Part shown: positions 9,259 to 18,142 of the stretch, in pieces
How the letters are laid out: each line of letters begins with the position of its first letter
Position numbering within the stretch: position 1 is the first letter of the stretch
From: an uncultured Actinomycetes bacterium
Lineage (GTDB): Bacteria; Actinomycetota; Thermoleophilia; Gaiellales; Gaiellaceae
Assembly: GCA_963789585.1 (NCBI GenBank)
Contig: CAWBLB010000005.1
Coordinates: forward strand, 27,973 to 91,972
Direction of reading: 5' to 3'
DNA length: 64,000 nt
Program-made: the position numbers and the translations under genes
Notes under the pieces: generated by a model
Told to the model about the DNA's origin: nothing
The model's database searches: none
The model's input: only the letters and a program-made list of their open reading frames with translations

Positions 9259-10185
9259 GTGAGTCCCGATCATCACGAGCCGTTCGCGCGCTGGCCCGGA
9301 AACCCTGCGCTGACCGCCTCGGACTTCCCGGGGGCCGGTGCGGCCTTCAACCCGGCCGCCGTCAGCTTCGAAGGCGAGACGCTGCTGCTGGTGCGGGTCG
9401 AGGAGCGAACCGGCCTCTCGTACCTCGGCGTCGCGAGGAGCGTCGACGGCCTCTCGGACTGGATCGTCGAGCCGGACCGGGCCCTGCGTCCCGAGCCGGG
9501 GTCGAGCGTGGAGCGGTTCGGGATCGAGGACCCGCGCATCACCCGGATCGGAGACGAGTACCTGATCGCCTATACGGGCTACTCGAGCCGGGGTCCGCTC
9601 GTCTGCCTCGCCGCGACGCGCGACTTCCGCGCCTACGAGCGTCGCGGCGTGATCCTTCCCCCGGAGAACAAGGACGCGGCGCTGTTCCCGGAGCGGTTCG
9701 GCGGCCGGTTCGCCCTGATCCACCGGCCGGTGGCGAGCTCGCAGATCTCGGCCGCGGACATCTGGCTCTCGTGGAGCCCGGACCTGCGGCACTGGGGAGA
9801 TCACACGCTTCTGCTCGAGGCTGGGGCGGCGGGGAGCTGGGACTCGGCCAAGGTCGGGCTCGGGCCGCCGCCGCTGCTGACCTCGCGCGGCTGGCTCCTT
9901 CTCTACCACGGGGTCCGCACGACGGCGTCGGGCGCCGTCTACCGCGCTGGGCTGGCGCTCCTCGACCGGGAGCAACCAGAGCGTGTCCTCGCCCGTTTGC
10001 GCGGCTGGGTGCTCGGGCCCGACGAGCCGTACGAGCGTACGGGAGACGTGGGGAACGTCGTCTTTCCCTGTGGCTGGCTGCTGCTCGAGGACGGCGACAC
10101 GATCCGCGTCTACTACGGTGCCGCCGACTCGACCGTCTGCGTCGCGACGTCGAGCGTTGCCGGACTGCTCGCCCTGCTCGAATGA
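9259..10185 (+). CDS. GH130-family glycosidase/phosphorylase (second paralog)
   Basis: In-frame GTG at 9259. FNPAAVSFEGETLLLVRVE...GIEDPRITRIGDEYLIAYTGYS...NKDAALFPERF...YYGAADSTVCVATSS. Confidence 0.8.
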   Translation: MSPDHHEPFARWPGNPALTASDFPGAGAAFNPAAVSFEGETLLLVRVEERTGLSYLGVARSVDGLSDWIVEPDRALRPEPGSSVERFGIEDPRITRIGDEYLIAYTGYSSRGPLVCLAATRDFRAYERRGVILPPENKDAALFPERFGGRFALIHRPVASSQISAADIWLSWSPDLRHWGDHTLLLEAGAAGSWDSAKVGLGPPPLLTSRGWLLLYHGVRTTASGAVYRAGLALLDREQPERVLARLRGWVLGPDEPYERTGDVGNVVFPCGWLLLEDGDTIRVYYGAADSTVCVATSSVAGLLALLE

Positions 10186-10217
10186 GGCGACGGCCCCGGC
10201 TCAGCGTGGATCCAGGC

Positions 10218-10793
10218 TCAGCCGAGGGTCGCCGCGACGGCGTCTGCGATCACCTTCATCGGGCGCCCTGACTTCTGGCTGGCGCGGCGCAGGCGGGCGA
10301 ACGCCTCGTCCTCGGTCAGGCCCTCCTTGGCCATCAGGATCCCCTTCGCGCGCTCGATCGCCTCGCGCGCCTCGAGCGCCTCGAGCAGCGACGATGCCTG
10401 CAGCTTCACCTCGGCGAACTCCGCGTGCCGCGCCTGGGCGGCGATCAGGGCCGGAATCACGTCCTGCTCCCGGAACGGCTTCGCCAGGTAGCCGAACACG
10501 CCGGTGTCGACGGCGCGCCTGACCAGGTCGTCCTGCCCGAACGCGGTCAGCATGACGATCGGGACGGCTCGTCGCTCCAGGATGCGCCGCGCCGCCTCGA
10601 TCCCGTCGAGGCGGGGCATCTTGATGTCCATCACGATCACGTCCGGGGAGAGGTACTCGGCCAGCTCGACCGCCTCGACGCCGTCGCGGGCCTCCCCGCA
10701 GATATCGAAGCCGCTCTCCTCGAGCAGCGAGCGGAGATCGAGACGGATGATCGTCTCGTCCTCGGCGATCAGGACCCGCGTCGCCGCGTCCAT
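10218..10793 (-). CDS. ANTAR-domain response regulator (PdtaR-like)
   Basis: 191 aa: receiver domain (VLIAEDETIIRLDL...DVIVMDIKMPRLDG...LTAF) plus ANTAR (ALEAREAIERAKGILMAKEGLTEDEAFARLRRASQ). Confidence 0.9.
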   Translation of the reverse strand: MDAATRVLIAEDETIIRLDLRSLLEESGFDICGEARDGVEAVELAEYLSPDVIVMDIKMPRLDGIEAARRILERRAVPIVMLTAFGQDDLVRRAVDTGVFGYLAKPFREQDVIPALIAAQARHAEFAEVKLQASSLLEALEAREAIERAKGILMAKEGLTEDEAFARLRRASQKSGRPMKVIADAVAATLG

Positions 10794-11617
10794 CAGAAGG
10801 TGATCCCCGCGGGGACGCGCCGCCCGCTCGACCCTGTGCGGGAGGCGTCGTGGAGCTGGAGCGTCCCGACCGCGACGCGAACCAGCGCTGCGAGACGGTC
10901 GAGCTCGGCGGCGACGAATGGTGCGGGGTCGTCGCGGAGGAGGACGAGGACGACGGAGGGCGGCCCGCCGCCGGGGACCGCGACGACGGCGCCTGCGGGT
11001 AGCACGTCGCGGTAGCCGGGCGGCGCCCACGGAGCACGGCCGTCGGCGGCCAGCGGCTCGCCGCTGAAGAGCGCCGACGAAAGTAGCGAGGCGCCGCTTC
11101 CGTCGACGAGCAGCGGCACCTCAGGGTGTGTCGAGGCGGCGATTCGCAGCAGGCCGTCGTCCTGGCGCAGGCAGAGGAGGCCCGCCTCGGCGAAGACGAG
11201 CTCGAGGGCCGCGTGCACGAGGCTCCGGTGTGCCTCGCGCCCGCTTCCCGCGGTGGTCACCGCTGCGCAGGCGGCCGCCATCGCGAGCCCCGGGTCGCGG
11301 AGATCGACTCCGGGGCGGCGGGCGAGGACGCCGGCATGGACGCCGAGGCCGGCGAGCGCGTCGTCCAGGCCCTCGCCCGCGACCAGGAAGTCGTCGATTG
11401 CGAAGCCGTCCCGGCGAGCGAGAACCTCGAGCCCGAGGACGTCGATGCCGTGCGCGGCGAAGTGGCCGGTCACTGCCGCGAGGCTTCCCGGGAGGTCGCG
11501 CAGGCGGAGCCGGACGAGCTCGGCCCCCCTGGGAGCGCCCGCCCTCGGCAGCTGCACGAGGGCGGGCGCGGACCAGGCCGCGTGCTCGTCGCTACCGGGC
11601 AGCAACGAGCCGCTCAT
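10793..11617 (-). CDS. ACT plus GAF-like domain protein, no kinase domain
   Basis: N-terminal ACT-like segment (LRLRDLPGSLAAVTGHFAAHGIDVLGLEV) followed by a GAF-like region. The stop overlaps the ANTAR regulator start (TGATG). Domain call is by resemblance only. Confidence 0.6.
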   Translation of the reverse strand: MSGSLLPGSDEHAAWSAPALVQLPRAGAPRGAELVRLRLRDLPGSLAAVTGHFAAHGIDVLGLEVLARRDGFAIDDFLVAGEGLDDALAGLGVHAGVLARRPGVDLRDPGLAMAAACAAVTTAGSGREAHRSLVHAALELVFAEAGLLCLRQDDGLLRIAASTHPEVPLLVDGSGASLLSSALFSGEPLAADGRAPWAPPGYRDVLPAGAVVAVPGGGPPSVVLVLLRDDPAPFVAAELDRLAALVRVAVGTLQLHDASRTGSSGRRVPAGITF

Positions 11618-12299
11618 AGGAGATGCCCTCGCCGTCGAGTAGGGCCTGGATGGTGTCGCGGAACACGTGCGGGTTGCCGTCGTTCGCGGAGCGCCAGCGC
11701 CGCTCGTCGATGTAGGCGGGCAGGTACTTGACGCTCAGCTGGTGGTGTGGGCCGGCGACGCGCCGGCGCATCCGTTCGAGCACCGTCCGGTTGGCCCGGT
11801 CGAGATCGTCGTGCGTCCACGATCCGGTGCCGCTCGCTTCGAGCTCGGCTTCGACGAGGCTGCGCAGGAGCTCGGCGCCCCGGCCTCGCATCGCCGCGCG
11901 GATTCTGTGCGCGGCGAACCACGCGGTCTTGTAGCTCCCTCCGATCGCGCGGCGTAGCTCGTTCGCCGAGAGCCCGTCGGGCGACTCGATCATCAGGTGA
12001 ACGGCGACGAACCACTTCCAGACGGGCAGGTGCGAGCTGTGGAAGAGCGTCCCGGCGGTGACGCTGAACTGGTAGCGGCAGCTGTAGCAGTGCCACTTGG
12101 AGCGGGACTCGAGCCAGAGCAGGCGGGCGTGCTCGCTGCAGCGGGGGCATTCGACCCCGCCGGGCCAGCGGAGGGCCTGGAGGTAGGCGCGGCACTCCTC
12201 CTCGAAAGCTCCGTCCCGGTCGGTCGGGGTGGGGAGGTCGAGGCGGGCGGCGACGCCTGAGCGGAGAGTGACGAGATCGGTTGGACGGGCGGTGCGCAT
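11592..12299 (-). CDS. IS1595-type transposase derivative lacking the DDE core (Zn-ribbon plus HTH)
   Basis: GGAG precedes the ATG at 12299. CPRCSEHARLLWLESRSKWHCYSCRYQFSVTAGTLFHSSHLPVWKWF (Zn_Tnp_IS1595), HTH GLSANELRRAIGGSYKTAWFAAHRIR, C-terminal KYLPAYIDERRWR. Only 235 aa, with no room for the DDE domain. Confidence 0.75.
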   Translation of the reverse strand: MRTARPTDLVTLRSGVAARLDLPTPTDRDGAFEEECRAYLQALRWPGGVECPRCSEHARLLWLESRSKWHCYSCRYQFSVTAGTLFHSSHLPVWKWFVAVHLMIESPDGLSANELRRAIGGSYKTAWFAAHRIRAAMRGRGAELLRSLVEAELEASGTGSWTHDDLDRANRTVLERMRRRVAGPHHQLSVKYLPAYIDERRWRSANDGNPHVFRDTIQALLDGEGISYERLVAAR

Positions 12300-12592
12300 T
12301 GCAACTCCTTCGCATCGATGAGGACGAAACGCGAACGCGGATCCGGAGCGGTGAAGCTCCCGAGCTTCGTCGCTCACCGAGGCAGCAACGCCTCGCGCGC
12401 CGGACGGACTCCTCGGCACGGATCCGGCATCGATGCCGGAGCGGCAGCCCAGGCATCGGGCTGCAACTGGGGACGACGGTACCGGAAGGACCGGCCGGAG
12501 GCAAGTTTGAGCAGAGGCGGTCGAGCAGAAGCGGTCGAGCAGTGGCGGGTGCGGGAGACGGCTCGGTCGAGCCGCCTCCCGCGGGTATCGCG

Positions 12593-13357
12593 TCAGCGTC
12601 CGAAGGCGGCGAGGGGGTGGCCGAAGGCGGCTCCGCCGTGTCCGGGCCCCCCGGGCATGCCGGTGGGTGGACGGGTCGAGGTGACCATGTCGGCGACGTG
12701 TGACTGGATGTCGGCCAGCATGGCCGTCTCCTGGGCCGCGGTCAGCTTGCCGGCCGCGGCGGCCGCGTCGAGGTGGGTCTTTGCGTCGGCGACGATCGCC
12801 TCCTCGAGGCCGCTTGCTGTCTTGCCCTGTGCGACCGCGATCTGGCCGAGCGTCTGGCCGCCCTGCAGATCCGTCCGGATCTGGTCGCTCGTCAGGCCGA
12901 GGTAGGCCGCGATCGCCCTGGTCGCCGGGCCTCCGCCGGGGCTGCGCATCCCGCCGGCGGGCGGTCCGGTTGAGTTGACGATGTCCGCGACGTGCGACTG
13001 CAGGTCGGCGAGCTTCGCCGTCTCCTGGGCCGCGGTCAGGTCGCCGGCCGCGGCGGCCGCGTCGAGGTGGGTCGTCGCGTCGGCGACGATGGCGTCTTCG
13101 AGGCCGGTGACGGTCTTCCCCTGGGCGGTCGCGATCTGGGCGAGCGTCCGGCCGTTCTCGAGGTCGGTCCGGATCTGGTCGCCCGTCAGGCCGAGGTAGG
13201 ACGCGATCGCGGCCGCGCCGGGTGGCCCGCCGGTTCGCCCGGCGGTGACGCCCGCAACGTGCGCGGTCTTGTGCGAGGCGGCGGCGATGCCGGCGCCCGT
13301 GCCGAGCACGAGGGCGGTCGAGGTGATTCCGACGATGATGCGCTTGGGAGCTTGCAT
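12593..13357 (-). CDS. secreted protein built from two ~100-aa tandem repeats
   Basis: GGAGG precedes the ATG at 13357. Signal-like MQAPKRIIVGITSTALVLGTGAGIAAA. The repeat AIA.YLGLT.DQIRTDL..G.TL.QIA.AQGKT..GLE.AIVADA.THLDAAAAAG.LTAAQETA.LAD.QSHVAD.V occurs twice. Confidence 0.75.
   Translation of the reverse strand: MQAPKRIIVGITSTALVLGTGAGIAAASHKTAHVAGVTAGRTGGPPGAAAIASYLGLTGDQIRTDLENGRTLAQIATAQGKTVTGLEDAIVADATTHLDAAAAAGDLTAAQETAKLADLQSHVADIVNSTGPPAGGMRSPGGGPATRAIAAYLGLTSDQIRTDLQGGQTLGQIAVAQGKTASGLEEAIVADAKTHLDAAAAAGKLTAAQETAMLADIQSHVADMVTSTRPPTGMPGGPGHGGAAFGHPLAAFGR
12683..12916. repeat. intragenic DNA repeat unit A (234 bp)
   Basis: Aligns colinearly with 12977-13210 at about 85% identity by eye. 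Confidence 0.85.
12977..13210. repeat. intragenic DNA repeat unit B (234 bp)
   Basis: Partner of 12683-12916. Confidence 0.85.
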
Positions 13358-14355
13358 TGGGAGCCTCCTTCGGTTGGGTGTCGAGGCACGCCTCATGCCA
13401 ACAGCGCGGGCTCAGAGCGACGTGAACGTTCCCGATGAGTTCCCTCAACGACTCCTGTGCGTTCCCTGTGAGGTCGACGGCCCCGGACGCTCCCAGGCCC
13501 GCGTAGGGCACACGTCCGTTCCCGGGCCGTTACCTCAACTCCGAGAGCACCCGCCTTTCGAGCAAGCTCGGCGTCTTCCGAGTGACCCGGAGTAGGTGTC
13601 AGTCCCTCTGTTATGCGGGAGTCCTGCGAGCGAGGGGAACAGCAACCGTCAGCGGTTGACAGCGCTTTCTCCAGAAAGTCTCCAAGTAGCGCCTGGGCGC
13701 GAGGCGACAGTGGCGTCGCCGCAAGCGCGGCCTGGGGACCCGGAGAGAGCGCAGGCTGTGACTCTCGATCCAGGCCCCCGACCGCGGCTGTATGCGTACT
13801 GCTTGTCGTCTCCCGGCCCTTCGGAGGGGGCAATCTAGGCCGGGACAGCCGTGAGAATACGCCGCCGATCATTAGCGCAACATGAGGGGCGGGACGGGAC
13901 GGGGGCAGGTGCTGTACGGCGTAAAGGTGGTAACCAGGGCTACCGGCCGTGGCCGGTCAGGAACCAATGGAGAAACCCAATGACTCCATCAAGGGCGCTG
14001 GCCATGCTCTCAGCTAACTGAATCTGTTGACTCGGGGCGTCCCTCTCTCGGGGGACGTTGGTCGAGTCCCAGGGGGCCCCTATCCTTCTCCCCCCTGGAA
14101 CCCGAGGATGAATGGCGAACATCCCGGGCGCTGACCTATCTCGGGACACGGTTGCGATGTCGTTGCGACCTAGCGGCCATGTTGGCGAACGTCATTCGTG
14201 CGCGCGACGCCGCGTGAGGTCTATGTCGTGAGCCAAGCGTCTTCGGCGGAGCCACCTGCCTGCGGGAGTTCTTCACGGAAAACCTTCCAAAGGTCATCCC
14301 GGAAGGGCCAAGCTGAGACGCCGGAAGCGGCGAGAATGGCTAACCTGAGCCACCC

Positions 14356-14428
14356 GGGCGGTTAGCTCAGCTGGGAGAGCACCTGCCTTACAAGCAGGGG
14401 GTCGGCGGTTCGAGCCCGTCACCGCCCA
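14356..14428 (+). tRNA. tRNA-Val (anticodon TAC)
   Basis: GGGCGGTTAGCTCAGCTGGGAGAGCACCTGC-CTTACAA-GCAGGGGGTCGGCGGTTCGAGCCCGTCACCGCCCA. Confidence 0.95.
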
Positions 14429-14517
14429 CTGCATCGACGCAACTGCGCGATTGCGAGACTTGACACCGCCTCCGCGAGAAGATCACCGGCGGCCGAGCCA
14501 CTGACCGAAGCGGCGGG

Positions 14518-15225
14518 TCAGCTGTGCCGGCTTCCGGCGTCGGTCACCCGGCCGTCGACGATCCTCACGACTCGATCGGCGTAATGGGTGATCCGGTCGT
14601 CGTGGGTCACGATGATCGCCGCCGTTCCCCGGGACTTCATCTCGTCTCGGATCAGCTTCACCACCTGGTCGCCCAACTCCGTGTCGAGCGCAGAGGTGGG
14701 CTCGTCGAACAGCACGAGGCCGGGCTCGTTCATCAACGCCCGGCCGATCGCCACCCGTTGCCTCTGCCCGCCGGAAAGCTGCTCCGGCACGTTCTTGGCG
14801 CGGTCGGTCAGACCGAGCTCCGCGAGCAGCTGGTCGGCCCGAGCCCTGGCCTTTCCGCCGACCCGCGGTCCGATCTCGTCGACTACGAGCAGGTTCTCCC
14901 GGGCGGTGAGGAACGGGATCAGATTGACCGTCTGGAAGACGAAGCCGACGGACGAGCGCCGGAACGCGGTGAGCTCCTTCCGGCTGTACTTGGAGATGTC
15001 CTCGCCGCCCACGACCACCGTGCCCTCGGTCGGCGTCAGAAGGCCGCCGGCGATCGAGCAGAGGGTTGTCTTCCCCGATCCCGACGGGCCCACAAGAGCA
15101 ACGATCTCGTCGGCGCCGACGGTGAGATCCACTCCGTCGAGAGCTGCGACCTCTTCGTCGCCGACCCGGTAGGTCTTGCGAACACCTTCCAGGCGCAGAG
15201 CGACATCGGTGCCGGCGGCGGTCAT
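14518..15225 (-). CDS. ABC transporter ATP-binding protein (MacB/LolD/FtsE type)
   Basis: Walker A GPSGSGKTT, Q-loop, signature LSGGQRQRVAIGRAL, Walker B LVLFDEPTSALD, H-loop VTHD. Confidence 0.95.
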   Translation of the reverse strand: MTAAGTDVALRLEGVRKTYRVGDEEVAALDGVDLTVGADEIVALVGPSGSGKTTLCSIAGGLLTPTEGTVVVGGEDISKYSRKELTAFRRSSVGFVFQTVNLIPFLTARENLLVVDEIGPRVGGKARARADQLLAELGLTDRAKNVPEQLSGGQRQRVAIGRALMNEPGLVLFDEPTSALDTELGDQVVKLIRDEMKSRGTAAIIVTHDDRITHYADRVVRIVDGRVTDAGSRHS

Positions 15226-15286
15226 GACGGCCTCCTCGGGAAGCGCGGGACGGGAACGGTTCCACCGGCCAAAGGCGCGCGTGGGC

Positions 15287-16402
15287 TCACTGCCCCCCTC
15301 CGATCGCGGAGGCGGGGTCGATGTTCAGGACGCGGCGCAGGGAGAACGCACACCCGAGCAGCGCGGCGACGGCGAGGTAAGCCACGCTGCTGAGCAGCCG
15401 GACGGGCGTAGCCACAAACGGGATCGAGCCCGCCGGGATCGCGGCTTCGAGCGCGAGGGAAGCCGCCACGCCGATCGCCGAAGCGACGACCGTCACCACG
15501 AGCGCCTGGATCAGGACACCGGTGAACAGCGTTCCGGAGCTTGCCCCCACCGCCTTCAGCACCCCGTACAGGCCGATGCGCTCCACGGTGATGAGGGCGA
15601 AGAAGAGCGCCACGACGATGACCGCGATCGCAACGGTGACCCAGATGATCTGGTTGAAGACAGTCCGCTGCTGGGACACGCCGGGAAGCGCGTTGATCGC
15701 CTGTGCAATCGTCAGCGTCTTGGTGGCCCCGCGTGTGGCACGGTCGATCAGCTCGGCCCGGGGCCTCACGCCCGAGGCGCCGCCGCGCACGACGAGCGCC
15801 TGGACGACCCCGTCGCCCACCCGCTGCCCCGGTCTGTTCGCAGCCAGGGCCGAGCGCCAGGTGTCGAGCGAGCCCCACAGCGTGCCCTGCCCGCTGTAGC
15901 GGCTGTCGTCGAGGAACCCGATCACCCGGACCGCAGACCGGGCGGGGCCGAGCAGGATTGTGGCGCCGTTTCGGACGCCCTCCGACCGAAGCGAGCTGTC
16001 CGCATACACCTGCCCGGCGCCCGGCACGGCGTCGGGCAGCCCTCTCGGTGCGAGCTCGAACCCGAAGAGAACGACCGGCACGAGGTCGCGAGGACCATGA
16101 CCTTCGACGCGAGCGCCGAGCTGAACGCTCCCAAGGCCCGCGACCTGCCCCGGGCCGACGCTCCTCGCCACCTCCTCCCGCACCGCGGGGGTGATACGAC
16201 TGCGCACCAGCGAGTCCCGGGCGGCGGCCGAGTACACGACGAGCTCACCTCTCTGAGCGCGTAGCGCGCCGGTGCTCCCGGCCACCAACCCGTCGAGCAG
16301 GCCGCCGAGGAACATGAGCAGCAAGGCGATCAAGGTGAGGGTGGCCGTGGCCACCGCGAACCTGCCGGGCCGGCGCCGCAGCTCCCGGAGCGCGAGCTTC
16401 AC
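15287..16402 (-). CDS. ABC transporter permease, FtsX/MacB-like (permease 2)
   Basis: GTG start gives VKLALRELRRRPGRF, the typical FtsX-family N-terminus, with a C-terminal 3-TM FtsX domain. GTGA overlap with the upstream permease. Confidence 0.8.
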   Translation of the reverse strand: MKLALRELRRRPGRFAVATATLTLIALLLMFLGGLLDGLVAGSTGALRAQRGELVVYSAAARDSLVRSRITPAVREEVARSVGPGQVAGLGSVQLGARVEGHGPRDLVPVVLFGFELAPRGLPDAVPGAGQVYADSSLRSEGVRNGATILLGPARSAVRVIGFLDDSRYSGQGTLWGSLDTWRSALAANRPGQRVGDGVVQALVVRGGASGVRPRAELIDRATRGATKTLTIAQAINALPGVSQQRTVFNQIIWVTVAIAVIVVALFFALITVERIGLYGVLKAVGASSGTLFTGVLIQALVVTVVASAIGVAASLALEAAIPAGSIPFVATPVRLLSSVAYLAVAALLGCAFSLRRVLNIDPASAIGGGQ

Positions 16403-17514
16403 CGTGCGCCTCCCCCGCTCGTCGCTTCGACGGGATCGATCGCAAGCACGCGACGGGCGGCCGCCCCGGCGCTCACAAGGCCGAGCCCGAGCAGGAGCGC
16501 CGCCCAGAGAAGCACCGCGCCCGGATCGAAGCGCAGGGAGAGCGAGCCGACCCGGGCCTGCGAAAGAGGCGCGTACAGCAAGGTTCCGAAGGCGATACCT
16601 CCTCCGATGACGATCAGCACCTGCAGGAACAGCGACCGGACGAGCGTGCCCGCGGGCGCGCCAACCGCACGCAGCAGCGTCAGGGAACGGGACTTCTGGA
16701 GGGCGATGATCAGGAAGAACAGTCCAGTCACGAGCGGTACGACGAGTGCGAAGAGCAGGAAGATCAGCTCGAACGAGCTCCTGACCGCATTCACTCCGGG
16801 GGCCTTCGCGGCGGCCTGCTGCCGGGTCAGCGCGTCGGCCTGTGCAGAGGCCCTGTCGATCCTGGCGGTGAGCGCCTCGGCAGTGACGCCCGCGACCGGA
16901 CGCACTCCGATCGCGTTGGGCAGGACGGTCCCGGCATCCGGGTTGACCGCCCGGGTCGCCGCGACGTAGTCGGGCCAGGAGACGAAGAGCGTCGGCGTCA
17001 CCTGGATCTGCGCGTCGGGAGCCAGGCCGACGACGCGCAGAACGGGGCCGCCGGCTGCGGCCACGATCAGAACCCGGTCGCCCAGCGAGAAGTCGACGGC
17101 GCTCCCCACCGCCTCGCCGGGTGCGCGGGGCATTCGGCCCGCGCTCAGCCGGTCGGGCCCTCCCAGATCGAGCTTCTCGAACCCGATCAGCGCAGCGTCC
17201 GACTGGCCGTCCCGGCCCACCAGGACGGTGAACGTCCCCTGCCCGATCCGGCCGGACTCGGCGACTTCCGGAACCCGGCCGACCGCCCGCTCGAGCGGCG
17301 GGGTGATGACGCTCCCCTGCAGCGTGCGCTGGCCGTCGACGGCGTACACGAGCACCGGCGCCGACTGTCGCTGGATCGCACCGACGAACGCGGTGATGAG
17401 CCCGTTCTGGAGCGCCTGCTGGGTGAGGATCAGGAACATGAGCAGAGCGACGGCGGCCATGAGCAGCCCGAATCGGGTCTTGGCTCGCCGGATCTCTTTG
17501 AGGGCAAGGAACAC
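16399..17514 (-). CDS. ABC transporter permease, FtsX/MacB-like (permease 1)
   Basis: MFLALKEIRRAKTRFGLLM N-terminus, a large extracytoplasmic domain and a C-terminal FtsX TM bundle. Confidence 0.85.
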   Translation of the reverse strand: MFLALKEIRRAKTRFGLLMAAVALLMFLILTQQALQNGLITAFVGAIQRQSAPVLVYAVDGQRTLQGSVITPPLERAVGRVPEVAESGRIGQGTFTVLVGRDGQSDAALIGFEKLDLGGPDRLSAGRMPRAPGEAVGSAVDFSLGDRVLIVAAAGGPVLRVVGLAPDAQIQVTPTLFVSWPDYVAATRAVNPDAGTVLPNAIGVRPVAGVTAEALTARIDRASAQADALTRQQAAAKAPGVNAVRSSFELIFLLFALVVPLVTGLFFLIIALQKSRSLTLLRAVGAPAGTLVRSLFLQVLIVIGGGIAFGTLLYAPLSQARVGSLSLRFDPGAVLLWAALLLGLGLVSAGAAARRVLAIDPVEATSGGGAR

Positions 17515-17573
17515 TGGTCAGCTCGAGTTGCCGGGCGGGACGGAGGCAAGGACGACGGCCCTGGTGGGAAGTC

Positions 17574-17846
17574 TCATTCGCGCGCCTTCGCCGGCGGCGA
17601 GCTGCTTGCCCACGACCCTTGTGCGGCGTCCGCCGACGGGTGCTCGACATCGGTCTTCACGCGGGCATCGGGGGCCAGAATCACCAACCGCGGCGCAGCA
17701 CAACCGCGCCCGCCGTGGCCTGGCGGCAGGGCCGAGGGCTTCGCGAGATCCCTGCCCCGCTCGTGCGTCCAACCGATCGCAGGCATGGGCTCGTCGCCGA
17801 CGCGCATCTCGAACCCACCGAGAAGGCTGACCTGGACGCCGTCCAT
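17574..17846 (-). pseudogene. possible remnant of a SARP/BTAD-type regulator (N-terminal wHTH fragment)
   Basis: MDGVQVSLLGGFEMRVGDEPMPAIGWTHERGRDLAK resembles the LLG.FE..V.G..V....W..RKAR.LL start of SARP/AfsR regulators and then degenerates. Confidence 0.3.
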
Positions 17847-18142
17847 CCGTGCATGATCATCACAGAGCCCCGCGGACGACCAGAAACGGAACACGAGGAG
17901 TCCGGCGCCCGATGCGCGTCGTGTGTGCATCGGTGTTCGACCGCGCCCGCCGGGCCGGTCGGCGTGCCTCTTCTCCGCCCGTCTCGACCGTAAGGGTCAA
18001 CCCAGTCAGAACTGCTGCGGACGGAGGTGGTTGGGCACTCGAGTCGCTCCCGGTTCGGTCGGGACGGACGGCTAGAAACAATCGTCTTGCACACTGACCC
18101 CGTCCGCAGTACCCTGTCCGGCTCGGTGTCAGGGCACCCCTG

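Noticed and set aside
12517-12541. Short tandem GCGGTCGAGCAG repeats and the CCGGCATCGATGCCGG palindrome (12423-12438) downstream of the repeat-protein gene.
   Set aside because: These are most simply terminator or spacer sequence. The GGAGACGGCTCG/CGAGCCGCCTCC stem at 12553-12578 directly follows the stop. Too short and too few to call a repeat family.
13967-14017. 16-codon mini-ORF MEKPNDSIKGAGHALS in the gene-free region.
   Set aside because: No convincing RBS and no recognisable family. It is too short to support from sequence alone.
13690-14081. Possible tmRNA on the minus strand. The reverse complement of 14057-14081 reads GGGGCCCCCTGGGACTCGACCAACG, resembling a tmRNA 5' end.
   Set aside because: There is no T-arm (GGTTCGA-type) or acceptor-complementary 3' end with ACCA within 300-420 nt. 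There is also no plausible tag ORF ending in hydrophobic residues plus a stop.
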